Shown one piece after another: positions 1-8,997 of a DNA stretch of 64,000 nt; positions within the stretch are counted from its first letter, which is position 1; every line of letters begins with the position of its first letter. Position numbers and translations under genes: made by a program. Where the stretch lies: contig CAZWRG010000001.1 in the NCBI GenBank assembly GCA_964636355.1, positions 41,687-105,686 on the forward strand, read 5' to 3'. This DNA is from an uncultured Candidatus Saccharibacteria bacterium. Its GTDB lineage: Bacteria; Patescibacteriota; Saccharimonadia; Saccharimonadales; JAGQNK01. The notes beneath the pieces are model-generated. The model was not told the origin of the DNA and did not search any database. It was given only the letters and a program-made list of their open reading frames with translations.

Positions 1-112
1 TGGCTTGCCGGCCCTGAAACGTAATCGCCACCATCACGAAAAGCGCCGTCGTAACGGCCAGAAAAATCATGACCTCTAAAATGGTGTATCCTTGCGGCTG
101 CCCGCGCTTCAT
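1..112 (-). CDS. Partial (N-terminus only) prepilin-type protein; a second pilin or pseudopilin that continues beyond the window start.
   Basis: The reverse complement of 1..112 translates as MKRGQPQGYTILEVMIFLAVTTALFVMVAITFQGRQA. This has a class III signal: G/YTILE with Glu at +5, followed by a hydrophobic helix. ATG is at 112. It sits immediately downstream of pilD on the same strand. Confidence 0.5.
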   Translation of the reverse strand, partial: MKRGQPQGYTILEVMIFLAVTTALFVMVAITFQGRQA

Positions 113-170
113 AATACCAAGTATATAGCATAAGCGTTTAAATCAACAGGGGTTTTGTGGTGGGTTTAGG

Positions 171-998
171 CTAGATGATCAAGCCTAAATACCAGTCAAT
201 AAGCTGTCCGCCAAACAGAAATACGATAACTGTCGCGGCTAGTAAGAACGGTCCAAAAGGCAGCCTCGACGATAAATCAAGCGATTTTTTACGCAACAGC
301 GGCACGGCGGCAATAGTTCCCATAACAGAGGCTAGAAAAATAATCAGAATACTTTTTATAGGGTCGGCTATTAAAATTCCAATGACAAACCCTAGTTTTA
401 CATCGCCGCCGCCAATCCATTTGCCGTCCGAGATTTTAAATAGAGCATAAAACAACCCGCCGATTGCCAAAAAACCGCCGATCACACCAGAAACAACTCC
501 CAGAAGATCTCCAGTGGCTAGGACCCTTAAAGCCTGATACAAAATTGCCAAGCCAATCAGTGGAAAAACAATTTTATCCGGCAGCAACATCCAGCGAAAG
601 TCGTAGACCGCCAGCGCCATAAAAGCAACTACAAACACCAGCCATAACCCGAATTGGAAGATAGAATATGGAAAGTGGAAGATTGGGAAATAGGCATAAG
701 ACAATACAAACAAACCGGCTGTAATTAGCTCCACAACCGGATATTGCCAACTGATTGGTTTTTTGCAGTATCGGCACTTGCCCGCTAAACTTAACCAACT
801 TATTACCGGCAACAGATCATACCAAGCCAACGGATGCTTACAATTAACACACATTGACCGACCACGAGCAATAGACAATGCTTGTTTTTGCTTTTTAGAA
901 AGCTTTTTAGCGGTCTCCTGCTGACGCAATCGCCAAACTGCAGCATTAACAAAACTCCCCCACGCCAGTCCAAGTAATGCCAGAATAAAGATAACCAT
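171..998 (-). CDS. pilD: Prepilin peptidase (A24 family, PilD)
   Basis: 275 aa polytopic membrane protein. N-terminal Cys-rich zinc-binding region (CVNCKHPL...CRYCKK), typical of PilD/A24 peptidases. Lies in the T4P locus. Confidence 0.85.
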   Translation of the reverse strand: MVIFILALLGLAWGSFVNAAVWRLRQQETAKKLSKKQKQALSIARGRSMCVNCKHPLAWYDLLPVISWLSLAGKCRYCKKPISWQYPVVELITAGLFVLSYAYFPIFHFPYSIFQFGLWLVFVVAFMALAVYDFRWMLLPDKIVFPLIGLAILYQALRVLATGDLLGVVSGVIGGFLAIGGLFYALFKISDGKWIGGGDVKLGFVIGILIADPIKSILIIFLASVMGTIAAVPLLRKKSLDLSSRLPFGPFLLAATVIVFLFGGQLIDWYLGLII

Positions 999-1013
999 TA
1001 TTCCTCATATAAT

Positions 1014-1048
1014 AACAGAACAGCCCTTGAATAAGAGCTGTTCTGTTT
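1014..1048 (-). terminator. Hairpin between pilA and pilD; candidate partial terminator or attenuator.
   Basis: Perfect 11-bp inverted repeat AACAGAACAGC ... GCTGTTCTGTT with a 12-nt loop, directly 3' of the pilin stop codon. Followed by AUUAUAU on the minus-strand transcript. Confidence 0.4.
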
Positions 1049-1079
1049 AATTGTTTGGTCTAAAAAATTCAGCTGCTGC

Positions 1080-1568
1080 TTAAGTTGCCTGGCATTGCTT
1101 AGTGCCAATCTCTAGGGTATATAGAGCAACTACACTCCTTGCACTTGCCCCTTGAGTAGTAGCGTTACCGGTTGTTCCGTCACACCTTGCACCCGATCTA
1201 AGCACTACTGTATCAGTGGTCGTGTTATTTGCTGCTGCATTCTGATCCCATGAAATTGACGTACCGGCTGCCTTACAATAATAACCGCCTGGTGCGCTCA
1301 CTGGCTGTGTATTATTTCCGCCACTTATTGCCATTTCCCCAAAACAAACAGCATTAGTTGGAAGCTGCCCATTGTTATTGGTTGAATATTCAGTTACTAT
1401 GCTGAGTAATTTACCAACATCATCACGGCGTTGGGTGTTGCGGCTGTTTCGCTGCAAGGCTGGTACAGCCAGGAAGACGATTAGCATGATTAGACCGGCA
1501 ATGGCCAGTACGATTAGAACTTCGATGATGGTAAAGCCCTTTTGTTGTTTGCTTAGTTTTTTGTTCAT
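1080..1568 (-). CDS. pilA: Type IV major pilin (prepilin with N-terminal methylation motif)
   Basis: N-terminus MNKKLSKQQKGFTIIEVLIVLAIAGLIM matches the G/FTxIE class III signal plus hydrophobic alpha1 helix. 162 aa with C-terminal cysteines. Confidence 0.8.
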   Translation of the reverse strand: MNKKLSKQQKGFTIIEVLIVLAIAGLIMLIVFLAVPALQRNSRNTQRRDDVGKLLSIVTEYSTNNNGQLPTNAVCFGEMAISGGNNTQPVSAPGGYYCKAAGTSISWDQNAAANNTTTDTVVLRSGARCDGTTGNATTQGASARSVVALYTLEIGTKQCQAT

Positions 1569-1716
1569 AGTGTTTTATGCCCCCTTGGAACACTATTAAA
1601 TATTACTTATGAACTAATGATAATCCGTTGCCTCTAAAAGCACAAGCATTTTGTTATAAAACAGAGGAAAAACGGTGGAAAACTTTTGAGCTTTGGCCTG
1701 CTAATAGTTTCTGATG

Positions 1717-2943
1717 TTAAATACTTATGCCCTGTCCGGCCAGGCTATAAACCGGCAGTAACACTGCAGCCACGATGATAAAGGCGAATATTCCCAGCAA
1801 AACCATCATAATTGGCTCGATTACTGTAGAAATTGTTTTTATCTGGTTGTCTACTTCTTTTTCGTAGTAATCGGCAATTTTGTTCATCATTTCCTCGATT
1901 GCACCAGATTGTTCGCCAATCCTAAGCATTTCTGGGACCAGACTTAGGAAATGCGGGTCATCGGTGATCGAATCAGATAGCGCCTTACCGCCTTTGACTT
2001 TCTCAATCGCTGCGTGAAGCGATTTTTCGATATGCATGTTATCAATTGCATCTGAGGTAATTTCCAGCATTTGAATCAGCGGCACACCGCTAGCTACCAA
2101 AGTTGTGCCGGTTCTGGCAAACCTAGCCATATACATTTTCATAAACAGTGGCCCAACAAGCGGCGCCTTCATCTTAAATTTATCAATATAGCGCTTACCG
2201 CCCAGCGTCCGCGCCCATCGACTAATAAAGAATCCGCCCACAATCACTAGAATCAGCAGAATATACCAATAGTTGGTTATCAGAGCTGATATGGCCAATA
2301 AGAATCTGGTGACTAGCGGCAACTGCGCGCCACTGCCAAGCCCTTCGTATAATTCCTCCACCTGAGGCATAACTTTTACCAACATAAAACCGACTACCGC
2401 GCCCATGACAACCAAAACGATGATTGGATAAACCATCGCGCCGCGCACCTTGCTGATAAGTTCGGCATCTTTTTCTTGCTGATCAGCTAATCGGATTAAG
2501 GCCTTATCGAGTGTTCCGGAGGTTTCCCCGGCAGCAATCAGGCTGACATAAACCCGATTAAATACCAGCGGGTATTTTCCTAGCGCCACTGAAAGCGCCG
2601 AACCAGCCTCAATATCAGTGATTACCTGATAAATAATAACCTTGAAAGCTTTGTTCTGGGTCTGACTGGCCACCGAACGCAGCGATTGGACCAGCGGCAA
2701 ACCGGCGTTTATCAGAGTGGAAAGTTGTCTAGAGAATAAGATTTTGTCTTTGGCACTGATTCGGTTCCGGAACTTTTCAATTGGATTACTGGTCGCGCCG
2801 GCGCCGATTGGCTTGATTTCCAGGGGTGCTAAACCTTGTTCATGTAAACGCTTGGCAGCCGCTTGTTCGCTGGCGGCTTGAATCTCAGACGTAACCTTTT
2901 TACCGGTAGCTGTATCACGCGCAGTGTACTTATAGGTTAACAT
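1717..2943 (-). CDS. pilC: Type IV pilus platform protein PilC (GspF family)
   Basis: 408 aa with two T2SS-F-like repeats and 3 TM segments. Positioned next to pilT and pilB. Confidence 0.85.
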   Translation of the reverse strand: MLTYKYTARDTATGKKVTSEIQAASEQAAAKRLHEQGLAPLEIKPIGAGATSNPIEKFRNRISAKDKILFSRQLSTLINAGLPLVQSLRSVASQTQNKAFKVIIYQVITDIEAGSALSVALGKYPLVFNRVYVSLIAAGETSGTLDKALIRLADQQEKDAELISKVRGAMVYPIIVLVVMGAVVGFMLVKVMPQVEELYEGLGSGAQLPLVTRFLLAISALITNYWYILLILVIVGGFFISRWARTLGGKRYIDKFKMKAPLVGPLFMKMYMARFARTGTTLVASGVPLIQMLEITSDAIDNMHIEKSLHAAIEKVKGGKALSDSITDDPHFLSLVPEMLRIGEQSGAIEEMMNKIADYYEKEVDNQIKTISTVIEPIMMVLLGIFAFIIVAAVLLPVYSLAGQGISI

Positions 2944-2961
2944 TTTGGAATCTCCAAAATG
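2941..2961 (-). promoter_or_regulatory. Inverted repeat covering the pilC Shine-Dalgarno sequence and start codon
   Basis: Plus strand reads CATTTTGGA ATC TCCAAAATG. On the mRNA this gives a 9-bp perfect stem with a 3-nt loop. The stem includes the GGAG ribosome-binding site and the AUG of pilC. Confidence 0.35.
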
Positions 2962-3013
2962 TTAACAGTCACTAGTCGATTGTCGCTAGTTATTAGGGAG
3001 ATGTTGTCTGTCA

Positions 3014-3047
3014 GTGACTGGTGACTGGTGACTGGTGACTGGTGACT
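3014..3047. repeat. Heptanucleotide tandem repeat (GTGACTG) x ~4.9
   Basis: Read directly: GTGACTG GTGACTG GTGACTG GTGACTG GTGACT. It lies in the 114-nt spacer between the pilT stop and the pilC start. Confidence 0.9.
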
Positions 3048-3057
3048 ATTTTTCATC

Positions 3058-4161
3058 CTAGCCTCTCATTAATCGATCAAGCTCATCAATATCAACGGCG
3101 ATCATTCTAGCCTCGTCATAGGTAATTGTACCGTTATGGATCATCGAAACTAGCGTCTTGTCCATCGATTGCATGCCAAATTCAGCGCCAGTTTGAATAA
3201 CCGCCTCTAGCTGATGACTCTTGCCTTCGCGGATAATGTTACGCACTGCTGGTGTAGCCACCAGGATTTCAGCCGCTGCCACTCGGCCGCCGCCAATTGT
3301 TGGCACCAGCCTTTGGGCACAAATCGCTACTAAAATATTTGATAACTGAGCCCGAATTTGCGGTTGCTGATGCGGCGGGAAAACGTCGATCATACGATCA
3401 ATACTTTGCGAAGCTGAGTTAGTGTGCAGCGTAGCAAACACTAAGTGTCCGGTTTCGGCGATAGTAATAGCCGCCGCGATAGTTTCAAGATCACGCATCT
3501 CACCAATCAATACAACGTCAGGGTCCTGCCTCAAGCTGCTGCGCAGTGCCGCTGAGAACGAATAAGTATCGTAGTGAACTTCACGCTGTACAATGACTGA
3601 TTTTTTAGAGGTGTGAGTAAACTCGATGGGGTCTTCGATGGTAACAATATGAGCCGCTCGCTCCATGTTTATTTTATTAATTAACGCCGCTAAAGTGGTT
3701 GATTTACCAGAGCCGGTTGGCCCGGTTACCAGCACCAAACCTCTCGGATAATCAGCAAATTTATTGACTACCGGCGGCAAACCGAGTTGCTCGATAGTCA
3801 GCATTTCATTCGGAATCAAACGCAGAGCAGCCGCTAAGTTGCCGCGCTCATGAAAAGCGTTTACTCGAAAACGCCCCAGATCACCAAAGGCAAAGCTAAA
3901 ATCAAACTCTTTGTCTTTTAATAGAATTTGTTTCTGATCTTCGTCTAAAATTGCAAAAATCAGCGCTTCAACTGCTTCTTCAGTTAAAACTTCTGTTCCG
4001 GAAGCCGGAGCCAAAGTTCCGTCAACTCGGATCATTGGCGGTAAGCCAACTTGAATGTGAAGGTCGGAGGCCTTCTTTTTTATAACTTCTTCGAGGAGAA
4101 TCTCGATGCGAGGCTGTGCTTGCATATCCACCCTTTTCTCACGCGCTGTCCGCGGCAGCAA
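3058..4161 (-). CDS. pilT: Twitching-motility ATPase PilT
   Basis: 367 aa. Walker A motif GPTGSGKST. PilT-length hexameric secretion ATPase lacking the long N-terminal domain of PilB. Confidence 0.85.
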   Translation of the reverse strand: MLPRTAREKRVDMQAQPRIEILLEEVIKKKASDLHIQVGLPPMIRVDGTLAPASGTEVLTEEAVEALIFAILDEDQKQILLKDKEFDFSFAFGDLGRFRVNAFHERGNLAAALRLIPNEMLTIEQLGLPPVVNKFADYPRGLVLVTGPTGSGKSTTLAALINKINMERAAHIVTIEDPIEFTHTSKKSVIVQREVHYDTYSFSAALRSSLRQDPDVVLIGEMRDLETIAAAITIAETGHLVFATLHTNSASQSIDRMIDVFPPHQQPQIRAQLSNILVAICAQRLVPTIGGGRVAAAEILVATPAVRNIIREGKSHQLEAVIQTGAEFGMQSMDKTLVSMIHNGTITYDEARMIAVDIDELDRLMRG

Positions 4162-5929
4162 CGCGATTTACTTCTGTTAATGTTGTATAGCCTGCCAAGG
4201 CTTTCAGATATCCATCTTCTCTCATGCTGATCATACCTTCGGCGGATGCTACTTTTTGTATTTCCGCGCTTGTTGATCGTTTTAAGATTAGATCTTGGAC
4301 TGCCTGAGTTACTTCAAAGACTTCATACAAGCCAAGTCTACCCTTATAACCGCCTGGAGACGAAGGACTATCTATGCCCTTATATAAAGTATAAGCGCTT
4401 TGGCCTCTTAGTGGCAAGTTCTGATATCCCAAGTCTTTAGAAACCGCCTCTACATCTTCTGGTTTTTCAGGCAATAAATGACCGACTGTGGCGTTAATCG
4501 CCTCTGTTTCCGCCGCGTCACTTTGATACGGTTCTTTATCTTTTTCATTTATTCTACGAACCAGTCGCTGACCAATAACCGTCCGGACGGTGCTGGCAAT
4601 CAGAAACGGCTCAATGCCCATATCTAAAAGTCGCGGCAAAATTCCCGCCGCTGAGTTGGTGTGCAGCGTACTAAACACTAGGTGACCGGTTAAAGCCGCC
4701 TGCACGCCGAGCTGAGCGGTCTCTTTGTCACGAATCTCACCAACCATCACCACGTCTGGATCTTGACGAAGAATAGATCTCAGCCCCGAGGCAAAAGTTA
4801 ACCCTACATCGGCATTAACCTGAATTTGATTGATTCCGGCAACTTTGTATTCGACCGGGTCTTCGAGCGTCACAATATTTATTGACTCGTCTTTTATCTC
4901 TTGAAGCAGCGCGTACATCGAAGTTGATTTACCAGAGCCGGTTGGTCCAGAGGTCAAAATCATACCGTTGGAATTGGTCAAACCGTGTCTAATCAGTCTC
5001 AGAGCCCGGCCACGATAACCCATATCTTCTAATTTCAAACTGGTTCCGGACTTATCCAATAACCTGATGACCACTTGCTCACCCCAAACTACTGGAGAAA
5101 TCGCGATACGTAGATCGATATCCCGGCCATCAACATGAATCGTAAACTGGCCGTCCTGGGGGATGCGATGTTCATCGATCTTCAGATTGGCCAAAATTTT
5201 AATACGCGACACCAGCGGCGGCTCGGTAGCCTTTGGTAATTTCATGATTTCTCGCAACACACCATCAATCCGGCAACGAATCTTTAACTCGTTCTCCAGA
5301 GGTTCAATGTGAATATCGCTGGCCCGGTTCTTAGCGGCGTACTCCAAAATCGCTGAAAGCGCCTTGCTGATCGGTGAATCCTGGACGACATTTTGAATAT
5401 CAACCTTACCAGTGTCTTTTTTCTTGGTCAGCTCCTCAACATCCTTGGCGTTTTCTAAAACATCGGTCATTTCCTGGCCGATAGTCGCGCCATCATATTG
5501 ACTTAGAACTTCTCTAATTCCCTCTTCGCTGGCCGCGTAAACTTTAAGCGGCCGACCGATTTTGTTAGACAAGAAATCAACTGCCTGAACGTTATTAGCA
5601 TCGAGCATCGCGACCACTAAGCGGCGCTGCATTTCACCAAGCGGCACCGCCATGTAGCGCTCGGCAACTTCCTTTGGCAGCAGTGATAGAACCTGCGGCT
5701 CAATCTTGGCATTGGTCAAATTGACATACGGTAATTTGGTTACATGGGCGATGGTTTTAGTGAGTTGCTCATTAGAAATATGACCTTCGCTGATAAGCAG
5801 GCTAAAAAATGGCAATTTTTCCTGATCAGCTTTTTGCTTAACGGCTTTTAATTTTTCAGTCGTAATTAACTTCTCAGCTACCAGCTTGTCTTCGACTTCT
5901 TTCTGGTTTTCTGCCGATAAAACACTCAT
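4139..5929 (-). CDS. pilB: Type IV pilus assembly ATPase PilB (GspE family)
   Basis: 596 aa. Long N-terminal GSPII-N-like region. Walker A motif GPTGSGKST. C-terminal ATPase core. Confidence 0.85.
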   Translation of the reverse strand: MSVLSAENQKEVEDKLVAEKLITTEKLKAVKQKADQEKLPFFSLLISEGHISNEQLTKTIAHVTKLPYVNLTNAKIEPQVLSLLPKEVAERYMAVPLGEMQRRLVVAMLDANNVQAVDFLSNKIGRPLKVYAASEEGIREVLSQYDGATIGQEMTDVLENAKDVEELTKKKDTGKVDIQNVVQDSPISKALSAILEYAAKNRASDIHIEPLENELKIRCRIDGVLREIMKLPKATEPPLVSRIKILANLKIDEHRIPQDGQFTIHVDGRDIDLRIAISPVVWGEQVVIRLLDKSGTSLKLEDMGYRGRALRLIRHGLTNSNGMILTSGPTGSGKSTSMYALLQEIKDESINIVTLEDPVEYKVAGINQIQVNADVGLTFASGLRSILRQDPDVVMVGEIRDKETAQLGVQAALTGHLVFSTLHTNSAAGILPRLLDMGIEPFLIASTVRTVIGQRLVRRINEKDKEPYQSDAAETEAINATVGHLLPEKPEDVEAVSKDLGYQNLPLRGQSAYTLYKGIDSPSSPGGYKGRLGLYEVFEVTQAVQDLILKRSTSAEIQKVASAEGMISMREDGYLKALAGYTTLTEVNRVAAADSA

Positions 5930-5979
5930 AAACTATCCCTCTTTCGCTGTTTGGTCGCCCGGCACACGCTAGATCTCCC

Positions 5980-6225
5980 TTAATTGGCAGATTTTATCGG
6001 TGTATCGTTTCGGTCGTCGCCGATTCGAATCAACTGGGTAGGATTAATTGAATTTCCGTTAAAATACTCTTTGCTGGGCTCGTTGAAATCAGCAGTGATC
6101 GGCTCAACTTTAGCGGCTTTTTCGTTTTTCTCTGGTGATGAAATGAAATTATTAGAGATAAAGAACGACAAAACTCCGCTAATAAATACAATGATAATAA
6201 TTAGTGCGATGTCTTTTTGTTTCAC
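5980..6225 (-). CDS. Small N-terminally membrane-anchored protein in the T4P operon
   Basis: 81 aa with a single N-terminal TM segment. Has a 4-nt ATGA overlap with the upstream pilO-like gene, which suggests translational coupling. Confidence 0.35.
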   Translation of the reverse strand: MKQKDIALIIIIVFISGVLSFFISNNFISSPEKNEKAAKVEPITADFNEPSKEYFNGNSINPTQLIRIGDDRNDTPIKSAN

Positions 6226-6956
6226 TGTACGACCTCTTCAGTTATGTTTAAGGTTTTTTCCGGCTGGAAGTAGGTTTTACCATTTATACTGATCTCGACC
6301 CCGCTACCTTCTAACGCTGTAAGTGTCAGACTTTGAACATACATCGGTCTAATCGACTGCTTGAACACATCAAGCAAGTCTACAATTGAGCGATACGAGC
6401 CGCTGGCGCCAACTGTAAATGGCATATCTACCGAACTGCCAACCGTAGTTGGCTGAGTGGTTTGAGCATTTGGGGTGGCGCCAAGGGCAGCCAAACCATC
6501 CGCTGAACCCGACCCGTTTTGGGCGGCTTCGTTATCAACACCGCTGATATTGGTAATTGTATAACTTCGCTCCGCTAAAACTTTTTCTAAACTAGAGGTT
6601 AAGCCCGGAAAATCGTACTTACTAGGCAGTGCGTCAAGCACAATCTTGGCATTGTCGCCATCACGACTACCGTTTCCGGAGCTGCTGCCGTCGATTATAT
6701 TGCTCGGTCGGCTGACAAATTCTGTATAAGCGGTCTTCAGGGAATCAACTGCCTCAATGTTACTTTGAAGTTGATTACGAGCCTGCTCCTGGGCAGCAAT
6801 AACCCGCGCCTGATAACCGCGCCGGGCAATCAACGATCGTGAAGCAACCAGTGAAAAAACAGTCAAAAACGCGGCGATCGCCACAGTAATCACAATCATC
6901 GAATTAGCCTTATCAATCTGGAGTTGTTTGGTAGATATCCGCATCGATTTAGCCAT
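6222..6956 (-). CDS. PilO-like T4P alignment protein
   Basis: 244 aa with an N-terminal TM segment and a coiled-coil region. It follows pilN in the operon, the position usually held by PilO. Sequence similarity was not verified. Confidence 0.5.
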   Translation of the reverse strand: MAKSMRISTKQLQIDKANSMIVITVAIAAFLTVFSLVASRSLIARRGYQARVIAAQEQARNQLQSNIEAVDSLKTAYTEFVSRPSNIIDGSSSGNGSRDGDNAKIVLDALPSKYDFPGLTSSLEKVLAERSYTITNISGVDNEAAQNGSGSADGLAALGATPNAQTTQPTTVGSSVDMPFTVGASGSYRSIVDLLDVFKQSIRPMYVQSLTLTALEGSGVEISINGKTYFQPEKTLNITEEVVQ

Positions 6957-6959
6957 AAT

Positions 6960-7655
6960 TTACCTCGCCTCGCCTTCTGAATTGTCTTGCATGAATATAT
7001 CTTGGTCTGGTTTTTCCGTGCTCGACCTGGTTGTAACTGTCTTTGGAACCTCTAATTGTGGTTTCTGGGTGCTGGTAAATATCACCGGATCATAAGCTAG
7101 GGTAATTTGGTAAGTCGCTGGCCAGTCATTGTCTGCCTGGTCGCTCAAGCTGAAAGATGCCAACACCACCTGAGAAAAAGCATTGGCTGTCTGGTCGTCG
7201 GTTTTATATTTAGTGAACTTCAGAGTATCAACAAACTGGTTAACTGCTTTTAATGACTTGCCGGAACCATTGAAAGTCATGGTCCGAGCTTCAAAATCTA
7301 TATTGAGACTCGATACTGTGGTGTCTGTCGGTACTAATTGCGGCAAATAATCACCTAGTCGCTCGGCAGCCGGCTTATTTTCATGCAAGGAGTTAAGGCT
7401 TCCTAGCTGATTTTGAACTGTTAAGATTTTATTTATTTCTGGCTCGCTCTGAAGCTGCCTGCTCATACTGTCAATATCGGCCCGCAGGTTTTTCATATGG
7501 TTTTTTTGCAAAATATTAACCCCAACAAACAGAGCTATCATTATCACCAAAGATCCGCCGGCGATAATCGAAGCCGCCAGCATGACCAATCGCTTAGTGC
7601 GCCTAGCTTTGAGATATTCGATTTTTACATCTGGCAGCAGGTTAAACTGAATCAT
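6960..7655 (-). CDS. pilN: PilN-like T4P alignment protein
   Basis: 231 aa. N-terminus MIQFNLLPDVKIEYLKARR carries the characteristic NLLP motif, followed by a TM helix. GGAGG Shine-Dalgarno sequence upstream. Confidence 0.65.
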   Translation of the reverse strand: MIQFNLLPDVKIEYLKARRTKRLVMLAASIIAGGSLVIMIALFVGVNILQKNHMKNLRADIDSMSRQLQSEPEINKILTVQNQLGSLNSLHENKPAAERLGDYLPQLVPTDTTVSSLNIDFEARTMTFNGSGKSLKAVNQFVDTLKFTKYKTDDQTANAFSQVVLASFSLSDQADNDWPATYQITLAYDPVIFTSTQKPQLEVPKTVTTRSSTEKPDQDIFMQDNSEGEAR

Positions 7656-7768
7656 GAAACGCCTCCGGCATTACGAGCCAAAAGCGAAACGCATAAAGCA
7701 GCAAGTAGCGACCGAAAATCAGTCTTTGGCACTTTATGAACTTTGAACTTTGTGACTTTATAACTCAT

Positions 7769-8809
7769 CTATTCGATCCTCTCCGCTAGCCCGGCAGCTA
7801 CTCCAAACTGGTTAGAAACTGCCAATAGTTCATTTTGCTTATCAGCCGCGAAGCTGGTGTTTCGCCAGGCATTGCCAATCTCGACATTAACCCCAAATTT
7901 ATTAGCTAGATACAACGGGAATTCAGGCAATGACGAAGCGCCACCAGTTACAATAATTCTCTCTACCTTAGCGTCACCATAGCGAGCCTGGAAGAATTTT
8001 ATTGATTTCTCGGCCTCGCCAGCCAGCAGCTCGATAGTGTTAATAATTCCCTGGTAAATCTGGCCTTCCAGCTTTTCTTTATTCAGACCAAACTTAAACA
8101 CAAACTGTTCAGCTTGGTTTTGATCAATATTTAGATTCTGCATAGCCGCGCGAACAATTGTCTCCGATCCAGTCGGGATTGACCGTGTTAAACGCGGAGC
8201 ACCGTTCATGGCAATTACAAGATCAGTGGTCTTATAACCAATATCGAGAACCATTTGCGGCGCTGTGGCGTCTGGAGCCAACATTGCCCTGGTTAGTGCC
8301 AGATTATCCGGTTCAAAAGCAATTACATTGAGCCCAATTGACTCAAGCATATCCAGCCGTGACTCAATAAAATCATTAGGAACACTGGTCAGCAAAACTT
8401 CAACCTTGCCGCTGTCTTTTGGTGAATCACCAATAACTGCCCAGTCAATTTTAGAGGTTTCTGGCGGCGTCGGGATCAAAGAATCTGCCTGGTAATTGAT
8501 AGATTTGGTCATTTCATCCGGTGACAGCCTGTCAATATCAACTACAGTAGTAAAAACTCTTTGCGACGGCAGGCCAACCGCCACGTTTCGTGAAGTCACT
8601 CTAGCGTCAGCAATCAACCCAGCCACTGCTTGAGCTAGTTTTTGCTGGTCAGCTTTAGCATCGCTAAGAGCAATCTGCTGGTCAATCGGCGCATAAGCAT
8701 ACCTAGACAAAGCCTTAACCGGACCGCTGCCCTTAAGATCTACAAGCCTGATGGCTGTTGTGCCAATATCCAAACCAAAAAAATCAGAAACACCACTTAA
8801 TATGCTCAT
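7769..8809 (-). CDS. pilM: PilM (actin-like ATPase of the T4P inner-membrane complex)
   Basis: 346 aa. Actin/FtsA-like fold signature GLDIGTTAIRL at the N-terminus. Confidence 0.8.
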   Translation of the reverse strand: MSILSGVSDFFGLDIGTTAIRLVDLKGSGPVKALSRYAYAPIDQQIALSDAKADQQKLAQAVAGLIADARVTSRNVAVGLPSQRVFTTVVDIDRLSPDEMTKSINYQADSLIPTPPETSKIDWAVIGDSPKDSGKVEVLLTSVPNDFIESRLDMLESIGLNVIAFEPDNLALTRAMLAPDATAPQMVLDIGYKTTDLVIAMNGAPRLTRSIPTGSETIVRAAMQNLNIDQNQAEQFVFKFGLNKEKLEGQIYQGIINTIELLAGEAEKSIKFFQARYGDAKVERIIVTGGASSLPEFPLYLANKFGVNVEIGNAWRNTSFAADKQNELLAVSNQFGVAAGLAERIE

Positions 8810-8997
8810 ATTTTTTGGCTCCTGATTGATTTCTGTTTTAGCGTTGAGATTTGGTTCATATTGCCCACATTTTCTTACAGTTTTTGCTGCGCTAAGACCA
8901 TTTTTAGTTTGAATTTTGGCGCAACAATCCTATTTAACTTAAGTATACCATAAGCTTTTTGATTAAAAACAACTTTAATAACCCTGTGGAAATCTAA

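Noticed and set aside
175-450. Plus-strand 91-aa ORF (and a 74-aa minus-strand ORF at 574..798) inside the pilD locus
   Set aside because: Both are fully embedded in the well-supported prepilin peptidase reading frame and have no ribosome-binding site or motifs. They are typical shadow ORFs. The same applies to the many 60-110-aa antisense ORFs inside pnp, rnj, ftsK, polA, dnaG, rpoD and the DHH gene.
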